This document shows positions 36,263 through 48,831 of a stretch of 64,000 nt of DNA, piece by piece. The notes beneath the pieces were generated by a model. It was given only the letters and a program-made list of their open reading frames with translations. It did no database searches and was not told the DNA's origin. The translations under genes and the position numbers were made by a program. Every line of letters starts with the position of its first letter. The first letter of the stretch is position 1. Source of the DNA: Gammaproteobacteria bacterium (GTDB lineage: Bacteria > Pseudomonadota > Gammaproteobacteria > Xanthomonadales > Wenzhouxiangellaceae); assembly GCA_009908385.1 (NCBI GenBank), contig JAAAPE010000004.1, positions 2,322 to 66,321 on the forward strand, in the 5' to 3' direction.

Positions 36263-39200
36263 ATGATCCGACCGACCATCGCGCGAGGCCTGCTGAGCGC
36301 ATGCCTCATGATCCTCCTTCTTTCCCTGGCGATTCCCGCCGCTCTGGCCGAAGACGGCCGCGTCTGGGTACGGGTTCACCACCCGCTGGACACGCCGGCA
36401 CTGCAGCAGGTCGACCAGGTCCAGCAACTGACCGACTACGGCGGCTTCCTGTGGGGACAGCTCGGCCGCGAGGACGTCGAGTTCCTGCAGAAGCAGGGGA
36501 TGACGCTGACGGTCGACTCGACGCCCTTCCACGTCACGCTCGGCGGCGAGTCCTTCGACCCGGTCGAACTCGCTGCCCAGCGGCAGAGCTTCACCACCGA
36601 TCCCGGCGGCGCGTTCTACCTGGTGCAGTTCGAGGGACCGATCCGGGCCCACTGGCTGGCCGACCTGCGCGCGACCGGCGCCCGGGTGGCGCAGCCCCTC
36701 TACCCGTTCAGCTATTTCGTCTGGGCCTCCGAGGACCAGATGGCTTCGATGCGTTCGATTCCGGCGGTACGCGCCACCCTGCCGGTCATGACCGAGTGGA
36801 AGCTGCAGCCCCATCTGCGTGAACTCGACGCCACGACTCGCCCGACGATGGCGCTCGCCAGCGCGCACGTCGACGAACGGGCCCTCCGGGAAGACCTCGA
36901 AGGTCTCGGCATCCTGCACAGCATCACGACGCTGAATCGCCACTTCCGGGTGATCCACATCGACGTGGCCGGGAGCGACTACGGCCGTCTCGCCTCACTC
37001 GGCGCGATCTACACGGTGCAGTACATCCAGCAGGACGCCGGCCCGCGAGGCGAAATGTCGAACCAGTCGATCGTCGGCGGCATCAGCGGCGGCACGATCC
37101 AGACGGGCTACCTGTCCTGGCTCAACCCGACCGGGCTGGACGGCAGCGGCGTGACGGTCGGCATCGTCGACGGCGGCGTGCAGGAAGGTCATCCCGACCT
37201 GACCGACAACATCGTGCCCTGCACGGGCACCGAGGGCAGCTGCGCCGGCGCCACGAGCTCGCACGGCACCCACGTGGCCGGCGCGGTCGCCGGCACCGGC
37301 GTGAGCGGCGAAACCGACGGCAACGGCTTCCTGCGCGGCCAGGGCGTCGCGCCCGCGGCGAGCATCGTCAACCAGGCCTACAGTCCCTTTCTGGGTGCCG
37401 GCCCCGGCGGCATGGTGCCCGAAGGCATGCTCAGCATCTACAAGGACTCCGCCGAAAGCGGCGCCCTGCTGACGAACAATTCCTGGGGTCCCACCGGCAG
37501 CCCCCAGGGTTACGACATTCCGACCATGGAAATCGACTTCATCTCGCGCGACGCGCTTCCGGACACTCCCGGCAACCAGCCGGTCCTCGCCGTGTGGTCG
37601 ATCATGAACGGCGGCGGCGACGGCGCCGGCGCCTGCGCCCCGAGTTCCCTGGGCTCACCCGACGAAGCCAAGAACCTGTTCGGCATCGGTAGCACGGGCC
37701 TGCAGACCGGCAGCGGCGCCCAGGTCCCGATCGCCGACGTGTTCAGCGTGTCGGGCAACTCCGCGCACGGGCCGGCCTGCGACGGCCGCCGCGTGCCCGA
37801 CATCGTCGCCCCCGGCTGCTCCACCGACAGCACCGACTCGGGCAGCTCGTACGGCCTCAAGTGCGGCACCTCCATGGCCTCGCCCGTCGTCTCCGGCGCG
37901 ATCTCGGTCTGGGCCGACGGCTACATCGACGAGACCGGCGTCAATCCCAGCCCGGCCCTGATGAAGGCGGTCTTCATTGCCGCGGCGGAAGACCTGGTCG
38001 GCGGCACCAACGCCGACGGCGGAACGCTGGGCCATCGTCCCGATCGGTTCCAGGGCTACGGGCGGCTCGATCTCGACGCCGTCATCAATCCGGCCGGCGA
38101 CGAGGTCTACCTGATGGACCAGGAATTCGTCTTCACGTCCACCGGCCAGGATTGGGGCATCGGCCTGAACGCGGCCGACCCGTCCGAGCCGATGAAGGTC
38201 GTGCTGACCTGGACCGACGCGCCCGGGCCGGGCGTCGGCGGCACCACGCCGGCCTGGATCAACGACCTCGACCTGCAGGTCGACGCGCTCGACGGCAATA
38301 CCTACCTCGGCAACGTCGTCGGCGGCGACGGCTGGTCGGCCACCGGCGGCTCACCCGACGGCATGAACAACACCGAGGCGGTCTGGCTGCAGCCCAGCCA
38401 GCACCAGGGCGGCTTCAACCTCAACGTCCTGGCCACCGACATCGCCGGCGACGCACTCAACCCGCACGATCCCGACGACCCCAGCCAGGACTTCGCCATC
38501 GCCTGCTACAACTGCATCGTGGGCGACCCGACCTTCGCCGTGTCGACCAGTCCCGGAACCCTCGAAGCCTGCATCCCGGAATCGGGCAGCGCGGACTTCG
38601 ACGTCGACGTCGGCGTCAACGCCATCGGCGCCTATTCCGGCACCGTCGCCCTGACGACGTCCGGGGAGCCCGCGGGCGTCTCCAGCGTCCTGAATCCCGA
38701 CAGCGTTTCGGTGCCGGGCAGCGCCGTGTGGACCGTGACCGTCGACGACACCGCGGCCGCGGGCGACTACCCGCTGCTGGTCGAAGGCGACGACGGCACC
38801 GATCAGGACAGCGCCGACCTGGCGCTCGCCCTCGACGCGTATCTGGCGGCCACGCCACCGCTCGTGGCACCGGCCGACGGCGCCGAGGATCTGCCGCTGG
38901 CGCCGACCTTCGACTGGGACGCCCTGCCCGACGTGACCGACTACACGATCCAGGTCGCCACCGACGCGGGCTTTTCCAGCATCGTCATCGACGAGACCGT
39001 GGCGGCCACCGACTTCGTTCCGGCGGCCGACCTGGCCCTCGGCACGGAGTACTTCTGGCGCGTGCAGGGTGTCAACCTCTGCGGCGGCGGCGACTGGAGC
39101 CCGGTGCGCAGCTTCACCACCAGGCTCGAACCCGAGGCCGAGCTCTCGGCGACGGCGTTCAATTTCAGCGTGCCGTCTGGCTGGACCGACGACAGTACGC

Positions 39201-39985
39201 TCGAAATCGGCAACATCGGCACGGGCAATCTCACCTTCGAGATCACCACCGACGAGCCCGCCGCCGTCGCCGGCGGACCGGCCTACGACCCCGCCTTCGA
39301 CGAACCGCTCGACGTACCCGACTTCTCGGTCACCGGTGCCGCCGGCGGCGGTCCGATCGTCGGCTTCGACATCCCCGGCGGCGTGGCGACCCAGGGCACG
39401 GCCGTGGGCTTCACCTTCGAAGGCACGGTCGCGGGAATTACCGGTGAAGGCGACTGGGCCTCGGACATGCGCATGGTCATCACCAGCCCCGAAGGCGCCA
39501 GCTTCGACGTCGGCGGCTTCAGCAGCGTGGTCAACGACTGGGACTTCCAGGGCAGCGGCTCGGCCGACGACGGCACCTACACCAGCACCCACGTCCCGGC
39601 CTTCGGCACGGAGGGCACGTCCGACGAAGGCGACTGGTCGCTGAGCTTCCGGCACGGATGGGAGTCGGCGTCCGCCGGCACCATGGACTGGAGCGCCGTC
39701 ACCGTCACCCTGCACAAGACCCCGCCGCCTTACTGCGGCGAGACGCAGGTGTCGGCCGACTGGATCACGGTCACCCCGACCAGCGGCAGCGTGCCCGCCG
39801 GCGACAACGTCGCGACCACGATCGGCGTCGACACCACGGGCATGGCGCAGGGCGACTACAGCGCCTGGGTCTGCGTGGCCACCAACGACCCGAACGCGCC
39901 CATGATTCCGGTCGAGGTCAACATGACGGTGACCGAACCGCTCGATCCGGAGATCTTCGGCGACCGCTTCGAAAGCTCGCCCTGA
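36263..39985 (+). CDS. secreted S8 subtilase with Ig/FN3-like and P-domain-like C-terminal modules
   Basis: Signal peptide, prodomain, triad VGIVDGG / SHGTHVAG / GTSMASP, FN3-like YFWRV.G.N.CG, C-terminus IFGDRFESSP. Confidence 0.93.
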   Translation: MIRPTIARGLLSACLMILLLSLAIPAALAEDGRVWVRVHHPLDTPALQQVDQVQQLTDYGGFLWGQLGREDVEFLQKQGMTLTVDSTPFHVTLGGESFDPVELAAQRQSFTTDPGGAFYLVQFEGPIRAHWLADLRATGARVAQPLYPFSYFVWASEDQMASMRSIPAVRATLPVMTEWKLQPHLRELDATTRPTMALASAHVDERALREDLEGLGILHSITTLNRHFRVIHIDVAGSDYGRLASLGAIYTVQYIQQDAGPRGEMSNQSIVGGISGGTIQTGYLSWLNPTGLDGSGVTVGIVDGGVQEGHPDLTDNIVPCTGTEGSCAGATSSHGTHVAGAVAGTGVSGETDGNGFLRGQGVAPAASIVNQAYSPFLGAGPGGMVPEGMLSIYKDSAESGALLTNNSWGPTGSPQGYDIPTMEIDFISRDALPDTPGNQPVLAVWSIMNGGGDGAGACAPSSLGSPDEAKNLFGIGSTGLQTGSGAQVPIADVFSVSGNSAHGPACDGRRVPDIVAPGCSTDSTDSGSSYGLKCGTSMASPVVSGAISVWADGYIDETGVNPSPALMKAVFIAAAEDLVGGTNADGGTLGHRPDRFQGYGRLDLDAVINPAGDEVYLMDQEFVFTSTGQDWGIGLNAADPSEPMKVVLTWTDAPGPGVGGTTPAWINDLDLQVDALDGNTYLGNVVGGDGWSATGGSPDGMNNTEAVWLQPSQHQGGFNLNVLATDIAGDALNPHDPDDPSQDFAIACYNCIVGDPTFAVSTSPGTLEACIPESGSADFDVDVGVNAIGAYSGTVALTTSGEPAGVSSVLNPDSVSVPGSAVWTVTVDDTAAAGDYPLLVEGDDGTDQDSADLALALDAYLAATPPLVAPADGAEDLPLAPTFDWDALPDVTDYTIQVATDAGFSSIVIDETVAATDFVPAADLALGTEYFWRVQGVNLCGGGDWSPVRSFTTRLEPEAELSATAFNFSVPSGWTDDSTLEIGNIGTGNLTFEITTDEPAAVAGGPAYDPAFDEPLDVPDFSVTGAAGGGPIVGFDIPGGVATQGTAVGFTFEGTVAGITGEGDWASDMRMVITSPEGASFDVGGFSSVVNDWDFQGSGSADDGTYTSTHVPAFGTEGTSDEGDWSLSFRHGWESASAGTMDWSAVTVTLHKTPPPYCGETQVSADWITVTPTSGSVPAGDNVATTIGVDTTGMAQGDYSAWVCVATNDPNAPMIPVEVNMTVTEPLDPEIFGDRFESSP

Positions 39986-40009
39986 TCGGCGTCGGGACTG
40001 ACACGACTA

Positions 40010-40035
40010 CGCCCGGCCGGCCTCCCGGCCGGGCG
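40010..40035 (+). terminator. intercistronic GC-rich stem-loop (terminator or mRNA stabiliser)
   Basis: Perfect 11-bp stem CGCCCGGCCGG-CCTC-CCGGCCGGGCG followed by a weak pyrimidine run. Confidence 0.55.
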
Positions 40036-40067
40036 CTTCACTTCTGACCGAACGACAAAGCGAACGC

Positions 40068-42515
40068 ATGACCATTTTCAGACCGACCCTCCTCGCGGCG
40101 GGCCTGCTGCTCGCCCTTCTCGCCGCCCCGGCCACGGCCCGCGAAGTGATCCGCGTCCACGACGTGCCCCGGGAAAGTGTCCAGCAGCTCCACGAGATCG
40201 GCGACGTGTGGGGCGTGGACCGCCGCGGCGACTACGTCAGCATGTACGTGACCGGGGAAGAGCGCCGGGCCATCGAAGCCCTCGGCTTTCGAACCAGCAT
40301 CGACGACAAGCGCATGCGCTCGCTCGAGTACGCCCGTTCGATCGACGCCGAGGCCTGGCAGCGTTCGGGCATGCGCGGCATCCCCGGCTTCGACTGTTAC
40401 CGCACGGTCGACGAGACCAAGACCGACCTATCGGCGATGGCCGCCGCCAACCCGGACCTGGCCCGCTGGGAATCGATCGGCCAGAGCTGGCGATCGGCCA
40501 ACGGCCAACCCGACGGCGACGACATCTACGCGCTGGTGCTGGCCAACCAGAACAGCCCGCACGATCAGGCGCCCTTCGTGCTCATGGCCGCCCAGCACGC
40601 CCGCGAGCTGACAACGGCCGAGACGGCCACGCGCTTCGCCGAATGGCTGTTCGACAACTACGACACCGATCCGACCGCGCGCTGGCTGCTCGACCATCGC
40701 GAGATTCACATCATCGCCCAGCAGAACCCGGACGGGCGACGGGAAGTCGAGGACGGCGATATCTGGTGGCGCAAGAATTCCAACCTGAATGCCTGCCCGA
40801 GCGGGACGACCGGCGTCGATCTCAACCGAAACAGCGACTATTTCTGGGGCGACTACTCCAGCGGCAGTGCCTGCAACGAAACCTACCGCGGCACCTCAGC
40901 GCACTCCGAACCCGAGACGCAAGCGATCCAGGACTATCTCGGCGAAGTCTTCGTCGACCAGTGGCCGGCCGGCGGCGGACCGGTCCCCGCCGACGCCGAA
41001 GGAATCTTCATCTCCCTGCACTCCTGGGGCGAACTGATCCTGTTCGCCTGGGAAGGCTCCGGGCCGGGCGCCTCGAACAACGCGCCCAACCACGAGCAGA
41101 TGGCCTGGCTGGGACGCAAGTACGGCTTCCATACCGGCTACGAAGTCGGCCGCGACATCCTTTATTCCGCGGGCGGGACGACCCCCGACTTCGCCTACGG
41201 CGAGTTCGGCGTCGCGGCCTACACCTGGGAGCTCGGCACCGATTTTCACCAGAGTTGTTCGTACTTCGAGTCGACCATGGTCGACGACCTGCTCGATTCC
41301 CTAATCTACGCCGCGAAAGCCGCCCGGCGGCCCTACCAGGCGCCTTCCGGCCCGGAGGTGATGGAGGCCTCGGCCATCTACAATGGCGTCTCGCAGACCC
41401 TGGAAGTCGGCGGGCTGGCCGACGATACCCGTTTCGATCGCGGCGGCGTCTCGGAGGCGCCGGCCAGCGATCCGATCGAGGACATCGCCGAAATCCGCGT
41501 CAGCTTCGACCTTCCCCCCGACCTGGCCGCCAGCTGGTTCACGATCGCGCCGGCGTCGACGGCCACGGTGTCGGCCTTCGAGGACGTGATCGAGCCGACC
41601 GAGCCGGTCACCCTGCCCCGACTGCTGTTCTTCCAGGCCGTCGACACGGCCGGGAACACCGGCGTGCCGGAGGCGGTCTGGATCACCCAGCGCCAGGCCG
41701 CGATCACGCCGGCGAGCCTCTCGGCCACGCTGCCGGCGGGACAGACCGGTCAGCAGACGGTCACGATCGAGAACATGGGCAGCGATCCGCTCGAGTGGTC
41801 GATCGCCGCCGAGGCGCCGACGGCGCTCCGCGGCGGATACGACCCCACGCTCGACGAGGCGCTCGCGCTCGAGGCCTTCAGTCTTCCCGGCGGCGGCACG
41901 CATACGGCGTCGGTCGCCGCCGGCCAGGCGTCGCGCGGCCAGGTCGTCGGCTTCAGCTTCGAGGGCACCGTGTCCAACCTGGGCAACAACGCCTGGGCCT
42001 CCGACATGGCCATGACCATCACCGCACCCGAGGGCCAAAACTTCATCGTGGGCGGATACCAGACGAGCAACCCCGACTGGGATTTCCAGGGAAGCGTCTC
42101 CGGCAGCCCGGGAACCTACAACAGCCAGCATATCGGTGCCGGCATCTTCGGCGATGAGGGTGCCCTGGATGAAGGGAGCTGGTCGCTCGGCTTCGAGGAC
42201 ACCTGGACCGGCGGCATGGACTGGTCCGACCTCACGCTCACCCTGCACAAGCAGGAACCGCCGGAATGCGCCAGCCCCGGCGGCATCGGCTGGCTGAGCT
42301 TCGACCAGACATCGGGTTCGATTGCCGCCGGAGAAAGCACGGGGATCGGGATCACGATCGACACCGACGGCCTGGCGCAGGGCCCGCACGAAGCGCTGCT
42401 CTGCCTGGTCACCGACGATCCGACCGCCGAGCTGACCGTCATCGAACTGAGCCTGCAAGTGACCAGCGGCGAGCCGCAGATCTTCCGTGACCGTTTCGAG
42501 CCCGACCTGCCCTGA
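40068..42515 (+). CDS. secreted M14 zinc carboxypeptidase with C-terminal module shared with the S8 protein
   Basis: Signal peptide, QHARE (HxxE), WRKN, GVDLNRN, SEPET, ISLHSWG, YTWELG; C-terminus IFRDRFEPDLP. Confidence 0.93.
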   Translation: MTIFRPTLLAAGLLLALLAAPATAREVIRVHDVPRESVQQLHEIGDVWGVDRRGDYVSMYVTGEERRAIEALGFRTSIDDKRMRSLEYARSIDAEAWQRSGMRGIPGFDCYRTVDETKTDLSAMAAANPDLARWESIGQSWRSANGQPDGDDIYALVLANQNSPHDQAPFVLMAAQHARELTTAETATRFAEWLFDNYDTDPTARWLLDHREIHIIAQQNPDGRREVEDGDIWWRKNSNLNACPSGTTGVDLNRNSDYFWGDYSSGSACNETYRGTSAHSEPETQAIQDYLGEVFVDQWPAGGGPVPADAEGIFISLHSWGELILFAWEGSGPGASNNAPNHEQMAWLGRKYGFHTGYEVGRDILYSAGGTTPDFAYGEFGVAAYTWELGTDFHQSCSYFESTMVDDLLDSLIYAAKAARRPYQAPSGPEVMEASAIYNGVSQTLEVGGLADDTRFDRGGVSEAPASDPIEDIAEIRVSFDLPPDLAASWFTIAPASTATVSAFEDVIEPTEPVTLPRLLFFQAVDTAGNTGVPEAVWITQRQAAITPASLSATLPAGQTGQQTVTIENMGSDPLEWSIAAEAPTALRGGYDPTLDEALALEAFSLPGGGTHTASVAAGQASRGQVVGFSFEGTVSNLGNNAWASDMAMTITAPEGQNFIVGGYQTSNPDWDFQGSVSGSPGTYNSQHIGAGIFGDEGALDEGSWSLGFEDTWTGGMDWSDLTLTLHKQEPPECASPGGIGWLSFDQTSGSIAAGESTGIGITIDTDGLAQGPHEALLCLVTDDPTAELTVIELSLQVTSGEPQIFRDRFEPDLP

Positions 42516-42569
42516 ACCCCAAACCGCGCTGGCGGGAGCCGGCGCGGATCGTGACCCGGCCTGCTCGAA

Positions 42570-45146
<2,577 letters not shown>

Positions 45147-45160
45147 CTACGGATACCCCG

Positions 45161-45273
45161 TATTTACTTCAAGTTGTTTTAATAAGTTACTGAAAAACAG
45201 AGTTTTCAGTGCAGCGCTTACCGGCAGGCTGGGAGCCGTTCGGGCAAGCCGCACCAAACATGAAATATTACCA
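45161..45273 (-). promoter_or_regulatory. gyrA promoter/leader: extended -10 plus AT-rich tract
   Basis: TGGTAATAT at 45273-45265; AT-rich leader with IHF-like TTTCAGTAACTTA and inverted repeat ACTGAAAA/TTTTCAGT (45189-45210). Confidence 0.5.
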
Positions 45274-45309
45274 CAGAAGGCCCCCTGCAGGACCCGCCGC
45301 CAGAGGCGC

Positions 45310-46323
45310 TCAGGCGAAGTGAAAAGGGGGGAAGTGGGCGCCTGCCTCGGTCACGATGCAATCGACCAGCTCGGCGGGCGTGACGTCGAAAACGGGGTTC
45401 CAGGCAGCGAAACCCGGCGGCTCGCTCTCGAGCCCCGCGGCCCGCCAGATCTCGGCCGGCGAGCGCTCCTCGATGTCGATACCCCGGCCGGACTCGAGCT
45501 GAGGGTCCACCGTCGAGGACGGGGCGACGACCATGAAGCGCAGTCCGTGGTGGCGGGCCAGAACGGCCAGCATGTAGGTGCCGATCTTGTTGGCGACGTC
45601 GCCGTTGGCGGCAATGCGATCGGCACCCGTGATCACCCAGGCAACCTGTCCCGAAGCCATCAGCGACGCCGCCGCCCCTTCGATGATCACGCGGAACGGA
45701 ACCCCCAGCTGCGACAGCTCCCAGGCGGTCAGGCGGGAGCCCTGCAGCCACGGCCGGGTTTCGTCGGCGAAGACCCGGCCGATCCGTCCCTGCCGCCAGC
45801 CTTCGGCGATCACACCCAGCGCCGTGCCGATCCCGCCGGTCGCCAGCGCGCCCGTGTTGCAGTGGGTGAGCACGCCCGAGCCGGGCTCGATCTGCGCCGC
45901 CCCGGCCTCGGCCATGGCCCGGTTGGCTTCGATGTCCTGACGGTGAATCTCGCGGGCCTCGCTGAAGAGTCGCTCCGGGTCCGGACCGCCGCTGCGCTTG
46001 GCGCAATCGCGCATGCGCGCTACGGCCCAGCTCAGATTCACGGCGGTCGGTCGCGCGCGCTCGAGCCGATCGAGAGCGGCCTGCCAGGCCGCCTCGTCTC
46101 CCTTGCAGCGCCGTGCGGCCAGCACCGCGGCATAGGCCGCCGTGATGCCGATCGCCGGCGCGCCGCGAACCACCAGGTCGGCGATGGCGCGCGCGGCCTC
46201 GTCCGGACCGGTCATTTCGAGCCAGGCCTCGCGCGCCGGCAGCAGGCGCTGGTCGAGCAGCTGCAGCCGCTCGCCGTCGAAGCGGATGGCCTCGATTACA
46301 TTGGGCCGATCGGGCTGGTTCAT
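45310..46323 (-). CDS. mtnA: S-methyl-5-thioribose-1-phosphate isomerase
   Basis: LLDQRLLP, VRGAPAIG, RPTAVNL, LTHCNTGALATGG.GTALG, DETRPWLQGSRLTAWE, ANKIGTY; conserved position upstream of gyrA. Confidence 0.96.
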   Translation of the reverse strand: MNQPDRPNVIEAIRFDGERLQLLDQRLLPAREAWLEMTGPDEAARAIADLVVRGAPAIGITAAYAAVLAARRCKGDEAAWQAALDRLERARPTAVNLSWAVARMRDCAKRSGGPDPERLFSEAREIHRQDIEANRAMAEAGAAQIEPGSGVLTHCNTGALATGGIGTALGVIAEGWRQGRIGRVFADETRPWLQGSRLTAWELSQLGVPFRVIIEGAAASLMASGQVAWVITGADRIAANGDVANKIGTYMLAVLARHHGLRFMVVAPSSTVDPQLESGRGIDIEERSPAEIWRAAGLESEPPGFAAWNPVFDVTPAELVDCIVTEAGAHFPPFHFA

Positions 46324-46380
46324 GCGGCAACTCGCTGACATTCGGAACGTGAAAACGTATTATGAGCGATTGGAATCCCC

Positions 46381-46998
46381 ATGAAAAACCCGACCACCAT
46401 GCGAACCCTGCTTGCTCTGCTCATGCTCGCGACGCTGCCTTTGGCAGCGCAGGACAATCCCGAACCGGCCGAGCCGGAACAATCGCCAACGGAGAACCCG
46501 ACCGTGATCCTGCACACCAACTTCGGCCCCATCACCGTGGAACTCTTCGAGGAAGACGCCCCGCGATCCACCACCAACTTCCTGGAGTACGCCCGAAACG
46601 GTCATTACGACGACACCATCTTCCACCGGGTGATCGACAACTTCATGATCCAGGGCGGCGGCTTCGACACCGACTTCCAGCAGAAACCGACGCGTGAGCC
46701 GATCGAGAACGAGGCCGACAACGGCCTCAAGAACGAACGCGGCACCCTGGCCATGGCACGCACCAACGACCCGCATTCGGCCAGCAGCCAGTTCTTCATC
46801 AACGTGGTCGACAATACGTTCCTCGACCACCGCAACAAGATGTCGGGCCAGACCTGGGGCTACGCGGTCTTCGGGCGCGTGGTCGAAGGCATGGACGTGG
46901 TCGACCAGATCAAGTCGCTGCCGACGACGACCCGCGGCATGCACCGCGATGTGCCGTCCGAACCGGTGATCATCGAGAGGGTCGAGCTTTCTGAGTAG
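46381..46998 (+). CDS. cyclophilin-type peptidyl-prolyl cis-trans isomerase with signal peptide
   Basis: [41 protein letters not shown] (PpiA/PpiB family). Confidence 0.95.
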   Translation: MKNPTTMRTLLALLMLATLPLAAQDNPEPAEPEQSPTENPTVILHTNFGPITVELFEEDAPRSTTNFLEYARNGHYDDTIFHRVIDNFMIQGGGFDTDFQQKPTREPIENEADNGLKNERGTLAMARTNDPHSASSQFFINVVDNTFLDHRNKMSGQTWGYAVFGRVVEGMDVVDQIKSLPTTTRGMHRDVPSEPVIIERVELSE

Positions 46999-47788
46999 CC
47001 CTGCACCGATCTACCTGATCGCCGACCTGCACCTGCAGGACGAGCGCCCGGACACCACGCGCCTGTTCGTCGACTTCCTGGACGGACCGGCGCGAAAGGC
47101 CCGGGCGCTCTACATTCTCGGCGACCTCTTCGAAGCCTGGATCGGCGACGATGCGCCCGGCCGGCTCGGGCGTCACGTGGCCGAACGCCTTTCGACCCTG
47201 GCGGCGGCCGGCACCCGGGTCTACTTCATGTGCGGCAATCGCGACTTTCTCGTCGGCGACGCGTTCTGCGCGAGCGCGGGCATGACGCGCCTGGAGGAGC
47301 CGCAACGGCTCGAGTGCCGCGGCGAGGACATCCTGCTGCTGCACGGCGACACGCTGTGCACGGACGACGTCTCCTACCAGCGCTTCCGTCGCAAGGTGCG
47401 CGACCCGGCATGGCAACGCCGCGTCCTTTCGAAGCCGGCATGGCTGCGCCGTCTCCTGGCCCGTTTCGCACGCCTGATGAGCCGCCGTCACACCGGCAGC
47501 TCGGAGACCCGGATCATGGACGTCAACGCCGAGGCAGTGGCCGAGACCTTCCGCAGCGGCTCCGTAAGGCGCATGATCCACGGCCACACCCACCGACCGG
47601 CGGTCCACGACCTGAGCGTCGACCAGCGCCACTGCCAGCGCATCGTCCTGGGCGACTGGCATCGCCAGGGAAGCCTGGTGAAGTTCGAGGACGGGCAGCT
47701 GTCGATGCTGACGATCTCGCGCGCAGCCGACGAGCGAGTGGAACTGCTGCTTCAGGAAACGGCCGCGCCGCTCGCCGGCGACACCTGA
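46991..47788 (+). CDS. lpxH: UDP-2,3-diacylglucosamine diphosphatase
   Basis: Frame extends upstream of the listed 47177 start through IYLIADLHL and [15 protein letters not shown]; also [30 protein letters not shown]. Best available start is CTG at 46991. Confidence 0.95.
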   Translation: MSSPAPIYLIADLHLQDERPDTTRLFVDFLDGPARKARALYILGDLFEAWIGDDAPGRLGRHVAERLSTLAAAGTRVYFMCGNRDFLVGDAFCASAGMTRLEEPQRLECRGEDILLLHGDTLCTDDVSYQRFRRKVRDPAWQRRVLSKPAWLRRLLARFARLMSRRHTGSSETRIMDVNAEAVAETFRSGSVRRMIHGHTHRPAVHDLSVDQRHCQRIVLGDWHRQGSLVKFEDGQLSMLTISRAADERVELLLQETAAPLAGDT

Positions 47789-47853
47789 GGCCGCCCGATC
47801 GCGGAGGCCGTTGCGACCGGCGCACGCTGCGCGCAGCCGCCTTCGAAGGCCCT

Positions 47854-48831
47854 CTAGAGCATGGCATCGAGACGGCGGGCGGCCGCAACACCGCTGATCC
47901 AGGCACCCTCGATCCGGCCACCGGCGCACCAGTCGCCGGCCAGCACGAGCCGCTCGGAATCGCGGGACAGGCTCGACGACCCCTGCCCCCCGCCACGCGG
48001 TTGCGCAAAGCGCCAGCGATGCGCTGCGCTGTGAGTCACCGACTGCGCCAGGGCAGGCGCCAGCTCCGCGAGCGCGGCGATCGCCGCCTCGACGACCGCC
48101 TCGGCAGGGTCCTCCAGGTGGTCGTTCGACCAGCCGGTCTCCGCGTGCACCACCCAGGCGTCGACATTGCCCCGCCCCGGCTTGCCGCCGTTGTGGGCGA
48201 TCCAGGCCAGAGGGCCCCGGTTCACGAAAGCGGCGTCGAAGCCGGGCTCCCTCGGCGAGGCATAGCCTAGCATCACCGCCCAGCAAGGCTGCATGTCCAC
48301 CGCCACGAGACGGTCGTGCAGCGCATGGTCCGGCCCGAGCAGACCGCCCGCCTGCCGGGGCGGCGCCGTGATGAGTAGCGCGCGGCCTTCCAGCGCCTCG
48401 CCGTCGGGCCCCTCGACGCGCCAGCCGGGCCCGCGGCGGGCCGCGCCGACCGTCTGCCACTGCCAACGGCAGTCCAGGCCGCGGGCCAGCTGGTGGAGTA
48501 CCGCGTTCATGCCGGGCACGCCCACCCAGCGTTCATCGGGCGGCCTGCCGGCATCGGCGGGCCGGTCGCCGAAAGTGACGATCCCGGGCCGCCAGGGTGC
48601 CAGCAGTCCGCTTTCGGCCCAGGCACGAACCTGGCGCCGGAACGCCTCGCTGCGCGCAGTCAGGTACTGCGCCCCGTGATCGAAGCTGAAGTTGTCGGCC
48701 CGCCGGGTCGCGCTGCGTCCACCCGGCCCCCGGCTCTTGTCCACCACGACCACGGAATGACCCCTGGCGGCGAGGCGAGTCGCGGCCGTCAACCCGCTCC
48801 AGCCGGCGCCGACGACGATCACGTCGATCAC
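47854..48831 (-). CDS. renalase-like FAD/NAD(P)-dependent oxidoreductase
   Basis: VVGAGWSGL, DKSRGPGGRSATRR, FDHGAQY, HRWRFA, AGDWC.GGRIEGAWISG. Confidence 0.9.
   Translation of the reverse strand: MIDVIVVGAGWSGLTAATRLAARGHSVVVVDKSRGPGGRSATRRADNFSFDHGAQYLTARSEAFRRQVRAWAESGLLAPWRPGIVTFGDRPADAGRPPDERWVGVPGMNAVLHQLARGLDCRWQWQTVGAARRGPGWRVEGPDGEALEGRALLITAPPRQAGGLLGPDHALHDRLVAVDMQPCWAVMLGYASPREPGFDAAFVNRGPLAWIAHNGGKPGRGNVDAWVVHAETGWSNDHLEDPAEAVVEAAIAALAELAPALAQSVTHSAAHRWRFAQPRGGGQGSSSLSRDSERLVLAGDWCAGGRIEGAWISGVAAARRLDAML

Noticed and set aside
36263-42515. Protease genes as a horizontally acquired island
   Set aside because: No integrase, tRNA, flanking direct repeats or evident compositional shift.
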